Source of the DNA: an uncultured virus (IMG/VR IMGVR_UViG_3300036781_000633)
Lineage: Duplodnaviria > Heunggongvirae > Uroviricota > Caudoviricetes
IMG/VR virus record: IMGVR_UViG_3300036781_000633
Strand: one strand, 5' to 3'
Length of the DNA: 64,000 bases
Position numbers and translations under genes: made by a program. Positions 30,961 to 41,297 of this stretch are shown here, piece by piece. A model generated the notes under the pieces. It had not been told where the DNA came from. It searched no databases and saw only the letters and a program-made list of their open reading frames with translations. Position 1 is the stretch's first letter, and each line of letters begins with the position of its first letter.

Positions 30961-31788
30961 TCACCAGGTCACTCCATTCCGCCGATCGTCGGCCTCCACC
31001 TCAGGAGCGCGCTCGCTCAGGAGGCGAATGTCGGCGGGCTTGTCGAGGTCGAACGTGTAGTCGTCGCACACCATGTACCCGCGCTCTTCGGCCGGCAGGC
31101 ACGCGGCGATGGCGACGTCGCGCACCGCCCACCACCATCGCCGCATCTGGCCGCACTGGTAGACATCATCGACCTTGGGGTGCCTTGCGAGCGCTTCGCG
31201 CAGCGTCTCGAGCATGACCGTGCGGCTCGTATCCCACGCGATGCCCCAGAGCTCGCCACCGGAGGTCGAGAGGTCGCTCGTGCCTACGAAGCGGATCGCT
31301 GCGGCAGGATCGAGCAACATCCGCATGCAGTCCCACGAGTAGACAACGTCCCCCAGGAGCACCACGCACCGATCCGAGCTCAGGACGGTTCCCGTGCGCT
31401 CGCGCTTCAGGTCGAAGTACTCGCCCAGCCCGCGGAGGCTGGAGTTCCCGGGATCGGGGAGCGACACGAACTCCGGCATGTACCTGACCGTCAACCGAGT
31501 GCCGACGCCAAAGTGCGTCTGTCCGTCCTCGGAAGAAACGATCACCGGATGCTTCGCATAGTGCTCGGCAATGCTCGGCCACCCGACGACCGTGGTGACA
31601 TGGACCTCGTTTGCGAGTAGCAAGGCGAGTTGGCGGAGTGTGCGCGTGAGGATGGACACTCCGTACTTGTGGATCCCGGTCGCGACCGGTATCTGCAGGC
31701 AGACAAGTTGCTTGGGGGTGTGCGGCAGTTCGAACATCGGCAGCCGCGTCTGTGCGCCCTGCGCGAGGATGATGACGTGGGTGGTCAC
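30961..31788 (-). CDS. sugar nucleotidyltransferase-like (GT-A fold) protein
   Basis: VIILAQGAQTRL...PKQL, ILTRTLRQL, LLGDVVY, FDLDKPAD. Confidence 0.75.
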   Translation of the reverse strand: MTTHVIILAQGAQTRLPMFELPHTPKQLVCLQIPVATGIHKYGVSILTRTLRQLALLLANEVHVTTVVGWPSIAEHYAKHPVIVSSEDGQTHFGVGTRLTVRYMPEFVSLPDPGNSSLRGLGEYFDLKRERTGTVLSSDRCVVLLGDVVYSWDCMRMLLDPAAAIRFVGTSDLSTSGGELWGIAWDTSRTVMLETLREALARHPKVDDVYQCGQMRRWWWAVRDVAIAACLPAEERGYMVCDDYTFDLDKPADIRLLSERAPEVEADDRRNGVTW

Positions 31789-32300
31789 CAGAACCCTCCG
31801 GCGTGGAGCACGTACGCGAAGAATGCGATGTACCCCAGATAGCCGAGGATGATCGCGGTCACCTGTCCGGCGGACTTCCTCCAATCGCGAAGCTCGTTAA
31901 CGGAGAACCAGACGAACATGATCACCAACGTGATGATGACCGTCCACTGCGGCCACCCGAAGTCGTTCATCGGACGAACACCGGAGGCTGAACGATCTGC
32001 GGCGCGGTGTTGGCGAGGCTGGGCGCAGCGGCGGCGACCTCGGTGATCGCGGCGAGTAGCATGTTGACGAGGTGGACGGCCTCGCTGACAGTCATCATCG
32101 AATCGAGTTGCGGAACCTCTTTGCGGTCGCGCGAGATCATGCCGACGATGATTCTGGTCTCGGGATACATCAGGTCCGGGCTCACGTTTGCCATCACGCC
32201 GACGCGGCCGTCGTACATCGGACCCGCGTCGTTCACGAACCGTAGCGACTCGACATCGCCGTACGACACGAACACGCCGTCGCCGTTGATGTCGCGATGC

Positions 32301-32663
32301 TCACTGTTCGCCATAGCTGTCCTCCTCCTCCTCGTCGTCGTCACCGTTCTCGTCGTCATCATCTTCCCAGGGCTCGCATTCCTTCATGTCGGCCTGGTCG
32401 AACGTGCTCTCTGCGCTCTCGAGCGCCCGGGATGCGGCGCCGACCGATTCGAGCGCGGCATCGACGAGCTCGGCCCGCTCCTTGCCCGCCTTGTCGTCGT
32501 CAGGGTTGACGAAGATGGCGATACACTCGTCGATGGCATCGATAGCGGCCTGCGCGCTCGCGCGAGCGGCGGCGAGCCGAGCCATGACGAAGTCGCGCGG
32601 GGTGATCTCTAGATCGCTGACCACCTGGATGCTGCGGCGCTTGGTCTTGGTCTTGGGGCTCAT
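32301..32663 (-). CDS. helical protein with acidic tail
   Basis: D/E-rich C-terminus. Confidence 0.55.
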   Translation of the reverse strand: MSPKTKTKRRSIQVVSDLEITPRDFVMARLAAARASAQAAIDAIDECIAIFVNPDDDKAGKERAELVDAALESVGAASRALESAESTFDQADMKECEPWEDDDDENGDDDEEEEDSYGEQ

Positions 32664-33117
32664 CCGATTGTGCCCCGCCGGACGAAGCACAACCGACCGA
32701 CAAGCAACTGCATCGTCGCGACATCCTGGCTCACGCCATCGGCAATGCCATTCGGCGTGCCGGTGGAAAACCACACCCACGTCTCGCCTTCATTGTCGAG
32801 AAAGTGGCCCGCCACGCGCTTGCCCTGTTCGCTGAGATCCCCTACCCACTCGCGGACGGCATCGAGCGCCTCGAGCTTCGACAGCACCACGCGTTGCTCT
32901 GGAGGCGCAAGCGCCACCTCTGACTGCGGTCGGCAGTACGTGACGATGAAGCAACGTCCGTCCGCTTCACCGAGATGGCCGATCTGGTGCCGCCCCCAGC
33001 CGCGGCGACGCGCCTCCTGCAACGCATCGCGGCACGAGGAGTCCCAGATCTTTCCGTTCTCTTCCTGCTCCTTGAACTCGGCACAACGGACGAGTCCGCG
33101 AATCATCTCAAGCACGG

Positions 33118-33444
33118 TCATCGACGCCCCCTTCCGAGTAGCCGGTTGACCATGCCTGCCCCAACGGTGCGCGCGGGCTGCGCGGGCGGATTCGGATCGC
33201 GCGGTCGTCCATGGGTGCGCGGGTCCTTGCGCACGGACACGACCTTCACGTCCTGGATGCCGACAACCTCCATCGAATACCCGCAGTGCTCGCACACCAC
33301 CTGATGGCCGGTATCGAGGAGCTGCTGATCGTTCAGGGCGCGGAAGTCCTCGGGCTGTCCGCAGTGCGGGCACGGCACGCGGTGAATCGGCCCCTGGGTG
33401 ACCGGTGGAAGTTGCTGTGGCTTTCCGGGCAACGGTCGCGGCAT
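33118..33444 (-). CDS. Zn-ribbon protein
   Basis: CPHC...CEHC. Confidence 0.55.
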   Translation of the reverse strand: MPRPLPGKPQQLPPVTQGPIHRVPCPHCGQPEDFRALNDQQLLDTGHQVVCEHCGYSMEVVGIQDVKVVSVRKDPRTHGRPRDPNPPAQPARTVGAGMVNRLLGRGRR

Positions 33445-33695
33445 GTCAGATCTCCTTGAGCAGTCCCAGGTGACGGTATAGTACCCGCCTGACGAGGGCG
33501 GCCTCGGACATCATCTCGGCGTCGGTTTGTCGGTCCAGCAGTTCCTTCGCTTCCAGCGAGATGCGGGTCTGCACCAGTGCCGTCTCCGGATTCGCCCGGG
33601 ATCTCTTCTTGGTCGGTTTGGCCACGTGATGCGTTTTGATGTGTCTCGCATCATCTTGCGTTCGTCAAGGTCGATGTGCAAGATGCTTTTCACCC

Positions 33696-34160
33696 ATGCC
33701 GATCCCGTTCGCTATCCAACGCAAGTACGCGGCTTTCTACATCGAGGGCCGCGAGTCGTCGAAGCTTCGATGTGACGTGGACGAGGAAGATCTGGCCGCG
33801 CGCGTGCTCGACGGTAAGATCTCCGTGCATGACGCATGCGTCGCCGCCGCCGAGAACGCCGCCAAGCCGCTCGAGGTCGACCGCCGCAAGCGGACGTGGC
33901 TCGCCGACAACGAGGACGCGATCAAGGATGCGAACGACTGCGCGAGCGACGGGAAGATGGAACCGAAGTGGGGCGACGAGGCGTACAGCCACTACCTGCA
34001 CGGCAAGATTGACGAGCTCGCGATGATGCTCGAGAGCGACGTGGTCGAGGCGATGAGCCACGAACTCTTCGATGACGACAATGAGGAAGGGGAAGAGGAT
34101 GGCGACAGCGAGGCTGAAGACGAGAACGAGGACAGCGAGGAGGACGAGGACGACGAATAG
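33696..34160 (+). CDS. highly acidic protein
   Basis: Ends in a ~28-residue stretch that is mostly D/E. Confidence 0.6.
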   Translation: MPIPFAIQRKYAAFYIEGRESSKLRCDVDEEDLAARVLDGKISVHDACVAAAENAAKPLEVDRRKRTWLADNEDAIKDANDCASDGKMEPKWGDEAYSHYLHGKIDELAMMLESDVVEAMSHELFDDDNEEGEEDGDSEAEDENEDSEEDEDDE

Positions 34161-34615
34161 CCACGCGTGCGTCGTGTGCCTGAAGCGCACCACGCATCCC
34201 ACGCTGTGCGCCGATTGCTTCGACGCGTATCAAGAGACTGACGGTATGGACATGCTCGCCGTGGTCGCGTGGGCGGCCGAGCGGGCTAGACGCTCACTTG
34301 AACGGCAGTTCCGCGGCCTCGGCGCCGAGACCCGGGCGCTCCGAGACGAGCTTCGTGAGTACCGGCGAGCGCTTGAGGACTAGTTCGTTGGCATCAGCTT
34401 GAAGTCAGCCCCGCTGGCGAGTGATGCACCGCACGAGCAATGCGTCGGGACGAGTTGACGAGCCAAGACGTGGTACGAGATCGGATCCGGTCGATGCTCG
34501 GGATCATCGACCGTCTCCGCTAGCCGACACACGACGAAACAGGGCTGGTTGTCGATCAGAGGCACGCACCATGCTGCGACGACCGGCCACTGCGTTCGCG
34601 GCGTGTGCCAAGAGT

Positions 34616-35236
34616 TCACGAACCGCCGACGATGAGCGAACCCTGCGCGGGCTCGGCCCGTCGCACGAGCCCGACGCAATCGATGTCTTCGATGCCGAAG
34701 AACTGCTCGAGCATGATCCGATGGTGGCCCTGGCTGGCTATCGACATCATCTTGAAGACACCCTCGGGGGTCATCGAGAGCACGCCCTGCATCTCGTGAC
34801 CGCTCGCGAGATGGACGGCGACCTCGGGCAGCGCGGGCGCCTGGCCTTGGACCGCGGTGCCATCCGGGTTCTCGAGCTTGGGCGCCTCGCTGAATAGCCG
34901 GTCGATCAGCTTCCGCATGGGGGCGTGACGGTCGAGCATCGCCGCCTTGACCATGCTTATCCCACCGGCCATGCCGGCGAGACCAGGATCAGTGCCGGCG
35001 AACACCCACGCGTAGTCGGCGAGGATCTGTTCTTTCAACGGACGGAGGATCTCGGCGACGCCGAGATCGAGGTGGCTCGAGATGGCATCAACGATCTGTT
35101 CGGGGTTGAGGCCCACGCTGGTCATCACGCGGAGGAGTTCCATCACCGCCTCGATGGCCTTGGCAGAGTTCACTGCGCATTCCGCGATCATTCGCCGCCG
35201 CTCCAACTCGTTGGGCATCGTCTCGGTCGTCGTCAT
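34616..35236 (-). CDS. hypothetical protein
   Basis: ATGA-coupled to the GT4 gene. Confidence 0.6.
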   Translation of the reverse strand: MTTTETMPNELERRRMIAECAVNSAKAIEAVMELLRVMTSVGLNPEQIVDAISSHLDLGVAEILRPLKEQILADYAWVFAGTDPGLAGMAGGISMVKAAMLDRHAPMRKLIDRLFSEAPKLENPDGTAVQGQAPALPEVAVHLASGHEMQGVLSMTPEGVFKMMSIASQGHHRIMLEQFFGIEDIDCVGLVRRAEPAQGSLIVGGS

Positions 35237-36453
35237 TTCAAACCTTCCAGATAGCCGAGCGCTTGCTTCGCCACTGCGGCGTACCCGTAGCGCTCGATCG
35301 GGTTGTAGAAGCACGTGATACACCGGCTCGGCTGTTCGAAGCTCGACCGCATGAACGACGACAGTGACATCAGGTCCGGCTCATGCCACAGGCACCGTGA
35401 CGTCAGTCCCTGCACGCCGCCCACCGCGAGCCCGTACATCTCCGGCCGATCCTTCGGTCCCGGGGTGATCGCCACGTCGAGCTCGGCGGGCGTGTACGCC
35501 GCCGGGTACAGATCGGCCGTGGTGCCACCATTGCTGGCGAGGTAGTCGTCACTCCCCTGACCAAAGGGCGCGATGATGTGCCGTCCCGCGAGCATTGCCT
35601 CGAACGCGGGCAGGTTCCACGCCTCACCGCGGCTCGCCGACACGAAGCAGTCGACCTCGTCCCGATGAAACGCGATCATCTCCTCGTCCGTCACGTACCG
35701 ATTATTGAACTCGATCCGGGGGATCTCCGACTGCGGGATCCCAGTGGCATGGATCGCCGCCATGAATTGACGATCGGTCACGCCCGCGCACGAGAGCATC
35801 AGTCGCACACGCTCCCCGGCCTTGAACGTGTGCGTGTACGCCTTGATGACACCTCCGATGTTCTTGCGACCCGACCACGCACCCACGTAGTAAAACGTGA
35901 ACGCTCGGTCACCCTTGTCCTCTTGGCGGTCGAGTCGCGCGCCGAGCGACTCCTCGTCGAAGCAATGCGGCAGCACCCGGTATTCTGGTCCGTGAGGCGC
36001 CGATCCGTCAGGTGGCGTAGCGTCCTTGGGGACATACGACAGGCCACGCAGCGAGGACGAACTCGGCGACCACACCGCGTCGAACTCAGCCAAACCCGAC
36101 GTCACCTCCTCAGGGGCTGCGAGCGCCTCCCAGGTCGTGTAGGCGACCGTCTGGGCGCCGTATAAATCATGGCCAGGGCTCGTGCATTGCTGCTGGGCGA
36201 TCTCGAGCACGCGCTTACAGTCGAGCGGCAATGTGTGGACGATGATGGCGTGCGGGTTGACGAGCAGTTCATTGTCTTTTCGGAGAAACCTTGCCAGTGG
36301 CAAGGACGCACCAGCGAGGCTGACCTGGGCAGCGGGTGCGAGCGGACGGATGTCGAGCTCGGCGCCAGCGCGATGGAGCGCGAGGCAGAACGCGTTGGCG
36401 GCTTTGCCGTATCCGGTGCGCTGACCGACGTGGCCGTAGTAACGAATCTTCAT
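35233..36453 (-). CDS. GT4-family glycosyltransferase
   Basis: TGYG N-terminus, RKN, FVSASRGEAWNLPAFEAM (EX7E). Confidence 0.88.
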   Translation of the reverse strand: MKIRYYGHVGQRTGYGKAANAFCLALHRAGAELDIRPLAPAAQVSLAGASLPLARFLRKDNELLVNPHAIIVHTLPLDCKRVLEIAQQQCTSPGHDLYGAQTVAYTTWEALAAPEEVTSGLAEFDAVWSPSSSSLRGLSYVPKDATPPDGSAPHGPEYRVLPHCFDEESLGARLDRQEDKGDRAFTFYYVGAWSGRKNIGGVIKAYTHTFKAGERVRLMLSCAGVTDRQFMAAIHATGIPQSEIPRIEFNNRYVTDEEMIAFHRDEVDCFVSASRGEAWNLPAFEAMLAGRHIIAPFGQGSDDYLASNGGTTADLYPAAYTPAELDVAITPGPKDRPEMYGLAVGGVQGLTSRCLWHEPDLMSLSSFMRSSFEQPSRCITCFYNPIERYGYAAVAKQALGYLEGLK

Positions 36454-37001
36454 GAGTCCCCCGGAAAGAGAATCTTCCGCAACAGGGCGACCCCGTCGGC
36501 GCGACCGGGACCCTGCGGAATCGCCATCGTGATCGGCTTGGCGCCGACGCCGCGCCACCACTGCGCATCGGCCTCGCTGCCGCACACCAGCGCCTGGTAC
36601 TTCATCGCGCTGAAGACTTCGAGTTTGGATGCGGGGTACACACCCGGCGGAACGATGAGGATATTGCGATGGCCTGCGGTGTAGATCTCGACGTCACCTG
36701 ACGTGGTCTCCGCCGGTCGCGATCCGTCACGAGATGGCGGGATGCGGATCGAGAGGTGCCATGCCCAGCGCTGGGGTGGGCAGCACACGACGTTGACGTA
36801 CGGACCGTCGATGGCGACCATGCCCAGCCCTATGTGCGCCGTCCAGTCACCCATGAATCCCTGTTGGTTCGTGGGGAGCACGCGAATCCCATTGTTCGGG
36901 ATGGCCACCATCGCCTCAAGCCAGCGTCTTGCGGCAAGTCCGATCATGGAGTTGTCGGTCTGCGCCCAGTAACGAATGAACAACGAGCCCGGCGATGGCA
37001 T
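36450..37001 (-). CDS. hypothetical protein, possibly a GT-B N-terminal-like domain
   Basis: FIRYW...IGLAARRWLEAM resembles the start of the neighbouring GT4. Confidence 0.45.
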   Translation of the reverse strand: MPSPGSLFIRYWAQTDNSMIGLAARRWLEAMVAIPNNGIRVLPTNQQGFMGDWTAHIGLGMVAIDGPYVNVVCCPPQRWAWHLSIRIPPSRDGSRPAETTSGDVEIYTAGHRNILIVPPGVYPASKLEVFSAMKYQALVCGSEADAQWWRGVGAKPITMAIPQGPGRADGVALLRKILFPGDS

Positions 37002-37008
37002 CAGTGCA

Positions 37009-37785
37009 TCACGGGTGGCCGAACGTTTCCGGCGCAGCGATGAAGAGATCCTTCACGTACGCGACAGGGAAGTCCTCGCAGGTGGTCCAGTGGCCCTCCC
37101 CGGTGAGGATGTACCCGCCATGGCGATGTCGCCGGTCCTTCGAAACGACGGGCCGCGCCCACACGTTGCTCTGGTGCTGGATGCAGACGAAGCGCCGCGC
37201 CTGGCCAGTGCCGAGGTCGTGCTCGCGGATGCCGAGCCGCCGGTACAGCTTGCCGGTGAGCTCGCTATCGATGCCGCGCGCGACCGACTCGTCCCAGCCC
37301 CCGACCTTTCGCACGCCAGCGGCGTCGTAGTTGCGAGCTCGGCCGGTCATCGGTCCCGAGGCGTCCTTGACCCCGGTCCACCGCACGACGTCTCCGGTGG
37401 AGAGGTGGAGTTGCCGGAATTCCCTCACGCTCGAGAGGAGGTGACCATCCTCGTAGGCGGCGCACGCCTCGAGCGCACGTAGGGGGCTCTGGATGTCGTC
37501 ATCATCGGCGACGAGGAGGAGGTTGCCGCTCGCATTGCTGAGGGCGAGGTTGCGTTTCTTGGCGCAGGTCTGCGCCGTAGTCACCAAGTCCATGACTACA
37601 TCGCAGTCGGCCAGCACGCGCTCGGCCTCGTGGTCCCGGTCGTGCCGCACGATAATGATCTCAACCCCCCAGCCCTCGGGCATCTTGCACGCGAGGATGG
37701 AATCGAGCGCTGCACGCAGCAACGCCGGGCGATAGTGCGTGGCGACGATCCACGACGCCACGCGCTGGTCTGGCCGGAGAGCCAT
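37009..37785 (-). CDS. GT2-family glycosyltransferase
   Basis: IVATHYRPALLRAALDSIL, KRNLAL, VADDDD, GGWDE. Confidence 0.85.
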   Translation of the reverse strand: MALRPDQRVASWIVATHYRPALLRAALDSILACKMPEGWGVEIIIVRHDRDHEAERVLADCDVVMDLVTTAQTCAKKRNLALSNASGNLLLVADDDDIQSPLRALEACAAYEDGHLLSSVREFRQLHLSTGDVVRWTGVKDASGPMTGRARNYDAAGVRKVGGWDESVARGIDSELTGKLYRRLGIREHDLGTGQARRFVCIQHQSNVWARPVVSKDRRHRHGGYILTGEGHWTTCEDFPVAYVKDLFIAAPETFGHP

Positions 37786-38660
37786 CCAACACGTCTATCA
37801 CGGGAGTGCGGCGGGTGTGGATTTACGCGGGCTCGGGCAGATCCCGGGCAGATGTACAATGGGTCATGGACGATGCCGTGGTGGTCGACGAGCCCGAACC
37901 GGTCGTGGACAAGCGTCCGACGCGCCCCAATCCACCGCTGGCGAAATCCGAGGAACACGAGCGCCTAGTGATCGACTTCGCGCTCCCCGAGGCCGCCGCG
38001 CTGTTCTTGGAGGCGTGCGCACGGTCGATCCGCGAGCAGTCACGGGTGGTGCTGATTATCGAGCGACCCGGTCAGGACGGGAAGAACGCGACGCGTTGAC
38101 CGGCGAAGGCGGGATGGAACCACCGGATGGGACCATCCACCCATTGTTCGACGGTGTGCAACGGATAACCGGGCTTGGAGTAGTCGCGCTCGACGGATCT
38201 CACTCGCATGCGCGCCATGAAGAGCCGGGGCCGGAAATCGAGCAACGTGATGCTCTCGCCATCGGGATACGAGATGGTCTTGCCAATCGCAAGGTCTTCA
38301 CCGGAACGAGAGTCAACAATGCGCATCACGATCTCCTTACGATGTCCGACGGATAGCCTTCACACCAAAGTAGGCGGTCCAACCGAACCAGAATAGCCGC
38401 CACCCGCCGCCGTGGGCACCCGCCATGTACGCGCCCAGCAGCGCAGTGGCGATGTCGATGCGTCCACCCGATGGCAGGACCTCGGCATCACCGACATACA
38501 TCAGGTTGGAGACGCCTCGAGCGATGGGGTTGTCGGTGCGGATCTCCATGGTCACCCTCCTCGAACGAGCTCGTTGTCATCTTCGCCCTCGTCTTCGACG
38601 ATCAGAACTGCGGCGATACTGACGAAGAACATGAGAGCGAATAGCGCGGGCATCGAAGCG

Positions 38661-38948
38661 TCAGTTGAGAGTAACGTAGTTACCGAGGTTAGCCACGACC
38701 CCGTATGTACCGTCGCTAAGGATCACGAACCACGGCGGCGGGCCACCGGGAAACAATCCTGAGATGTCAGTGAAAAACGGCGTCGTGTACCCACCGGAAT
38801 TCAAGACGCCTGTCGCAGCGATCTGCGCCATCATTGGCGATAGGATATTCATGATGAACAAGGTCGCGATGTCTCCTTGTTCGAGTTGCTGTGCCCAACC
38901 AGTTCGCATCGGTCCGCTAGTCTCCTGAATTTGATAGAGCTTACTCAT
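38661..38948 (-). CDS. hypothetical protein downstream of the spike gene
   Basis: MSKLYQ ORF, lower GC. Confidence 0.45.
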   Translation of the reverse strand: MSKLYQIQETSGPMRTGWAQQLEQGDIATLFIMNILSPMMAQIAATGVLNSGGYTTPFFTDISGLFPGGPPPWFVILSDGTYGVVANLGNYVTLN

Positions 38949-38979
38949 GAGCGTGATTCTATCCCGCTTCGTTATCGTG

Positions 38980-41043
38980 TCAGGAGTTGAAAATATACAC
39001 GAGTCCGTTGGTGCCGTTGCCACCATGTAGCCCGGCTCCGCTCCCGGTGCCGCCGGTACCGGCATTGACCTGCGGGGTTGGCAGGAGATTCGTCGGCGTG
39101 GTGGTCACGATCACGACGAGCCCGCCGCCGCCGCCGCCGCCGCCGCCGGGATTGACGCCGCCACCCGCATTGCCGCCGTTGCCGCCGTTGGCTTGAATCT
39201 GCAGCGAGCTACTGATCGTCCGAAAAATGAGCGCCACGCAACCACCCGGACCGCCGCCGCCGCCGCCGCCGCCGGAACCGGCACCGCCACCACAGCCGCC
39301 GCCGCCTGCATTGCCGCCAGCCCAGATTTGAACAGCCGCTGAATTCGGGACAAAAAACGAGAAGCACTGAGGCGCGAAAAGACTCGTGCCGAGTGCTGTG
39401 TACGGTGTCGCGCTTCCACCATTACCCCCAATAGCAGTCCCCGAACCGCCGCCGCCGCCCGCGCCAACACCGGTTGCATTGCCGCCCGACGAATTGCCGC
39501 CGGTTCCCGTGAATCCTTCGTACAAATTTCCGGGATTGAGTGTGCCGACACCTCCTCCAGCGCCCGTCGTGCCGCCGGCACCGCCTGGCTGCAGCGTCCG
39601 CATGTAGACGCTTCCCGGGACCGGTGAGGTTCCGGCCACGCCTCCCACATTCGCCGCGCCACCATTGCCGCCGTTGCCACCACTACATTGCAGGAGACCC
39701 GGCCCGGCGGCATTGCCAGATCCGAAGACGCGCCATCCCGCCGTCTTGACGGTGATGCCCACATTGATCGTCATGTTGTGCGGACGCAGATCGCGCGTCA
39801 TCGTGTAGACGTTCGCGACCGGCACCATGCCAGCGACGGTAGCGATGCCGTCGAAGACAAGATCTCCGTCTCCACCCGTGCCGAAGATGCCTGCGGCCGA
39901 TGCTGATGCCGTCGTCGCGCCGACTTGACCGATGCCTCGCCATCGAGCGCTCGCACCGTCATAGATCAGGATGACGACGGAACCCGGGCCGATGAGCAGC
40001 GACACCGCGCCCGGCAATATGAAGCGATTCGCCGCCGCTGACCCGGTGTCTTCGTTGGTCAGCGTGATGTTGAGCGACGTATCGATGTTCTCGAGCACGA
40101 GCATCCGGCCATCGACCTGCGCCACGAGACCGGTCAGGGTCGCCGATCCACTCAACGCCTGACGCAGCACGCCTGCCACCGCCAACCCGACCGGGTTGTA
40201 GTCGTTCACCGAGCCTGTGATCGCCGCCGGGCTGGTCACGGTGTTGATCTGCACGAACGGGACGGCCTGCGTCATGTTCTCGGCGATCCACCGCGCTGTG
40301 GTGCCATCGTAGAGGAACGTGATCGCGCCGTCGGTCAGGAGCTCCCATGTGCCGCCACCGGGCATCGAGAACCGGTTCGCGGCCGTGGAGTTGGTGTCCT
40401 CGCTGGTGATCGTCAGGATCCCAGTTCCGAGGTTCTGGATCGTGATGCGGCGGCCGGCGCCTTGGGCGGTCAGCCCCGACAGGATGGCGACGACGCCCAC
40501 ATTGACCGCTTGGCGGATCGTCGCGGCGTTGGCGAGTCCCGCCGGGTTGTAGTTGTTCGCCAGCCCTGCCGGCAAGCTCGCCGGCGTGATCGCTCCAGAG
40601 AACGTAACCGCCCCCGTGACGATGAGGCTCGGCAGCGTGGTCGAGCTCGTGCTCGCGAGCATCTTCCAGCGCGATGTCGTGGTGTCATACCGGAGCCAGC
40701 ACGCGGAGCCCGGCGTCAGGACAGCGATGGCCGCGCCGGGAAGGTCGAAGCGGTTCGCCGCCGCCGAGCCCACATCCTCGTTGGTCAGGGTAACGTTGCC
40801 GACGTTGGCGGCGAGCGCGTAGAGGACCACCATCCGCCCGACGGGCTGGGCGGCGAGGCCCGTGATCGATGCCGCCGAGCTCGCCGTGAGGTTGACGACG
40901 ACGATGGAGGCGAGGTTGGCCGGAGCGAAATCGTTCTGGGTGGTGCCGCCCAGATCGGCAGATGTGGTGGTGCCCAAGAGCGACAGCGCCGTGATGTTGG
41001 CGAGCGCGAGGTCCGCAACATCGGCAGTCAGTGGCTTGGACAT
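38980..41043 (-). CDS. spike/fibre protein: three internal repeats plus Gly-rich C-terminal domain
   Basis: Three N(D/N)xxP...EDxxSxAANRF...YD units, then FGTGGDGD and poly-Gly runs. Confidence 0.75.
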   Translation of the reverse strand: MSKPLTADVADLALANITALSLLGTTTSADLGGTTQNDFAPANLASIVVVNLTASSAASITGLAAQPVGRMVVLYALAANVGNVTLTNEDVGSAAANRFDLPGAAIAVLTPGSACWLRYDTTTSRWKMLASTSSTTLPSLIVTGAVTFSGAITPASLPAGLANNYNPAGLANAATIRQAVNVGVVAILSGLTAQGAGRRITIQNLGTGILTITSEDTNSTAANRFSMPGGGTWELLTDGAITFLYDGTTARWIAENMTQAVPFVQINTVTSPAAITGSVNDYNPVGLAVAGVLRQALSGSATLTGLVAQVDGRMLVLENIDTSLNITLTNEDTGSAAANRFILPGAVSLLIGPGSVVILIYDGASARWRGIGQVGATTASASAAGIFGTGGDGDLVFDGIATVAGMVPVANVYTMTRDLRPHNMTINVGITVKTAGWRVFGSGNAAGPGLLQCSGGNGGNGGAANVGGVAGTSPVPGSVYMRTLQPGGAGGTTGAGGGVGTLNPGNLYEGFTGTGGNSSGGNATGVGAGGGGGSGTAIGGNGGSATPYTALGTSLFAPQCFSFFVPNSAAVQIWAGGNAGGGGCGGGAGSGGGGGGGGPGGCVALIFRTISSSLQIQANGGNGGNAGGGVNPGGGGGGGGGLVVIVTTTPTNLLPTPQVNAGTGGTGSGAGLHGGNGTNGLVYIFNS

Positions 41044-41297
41044 GAGACCCGGTTATGAAGCGGGCGGCTCCGTCCACGATCCGCTCTCGGGCGGATCTTG
41101 GGTGGCGTGGGGGACGGGAATGTCGTGCCCTTGCAGGACGTCGTGACCGCTGCGGATGAAGTCCTCAGGGAGGAAGCGCACGGCGATCACGAGCCCACCG
41201 TCCGGCTGCACCGAGACCACGTAAGCATCTCGAGTGCGATGTGGCTCGCCGTCGGAGTCGACAAAATGGAAGAGGACTCTGTCTCCGGGATTCGGCA

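Noticed and set aside
39120..39310. (GCC)n runs as microsatellites or contingency loci
   Set aside because: In-frame poly-Gly codons of the spike's Gly-rich domain.
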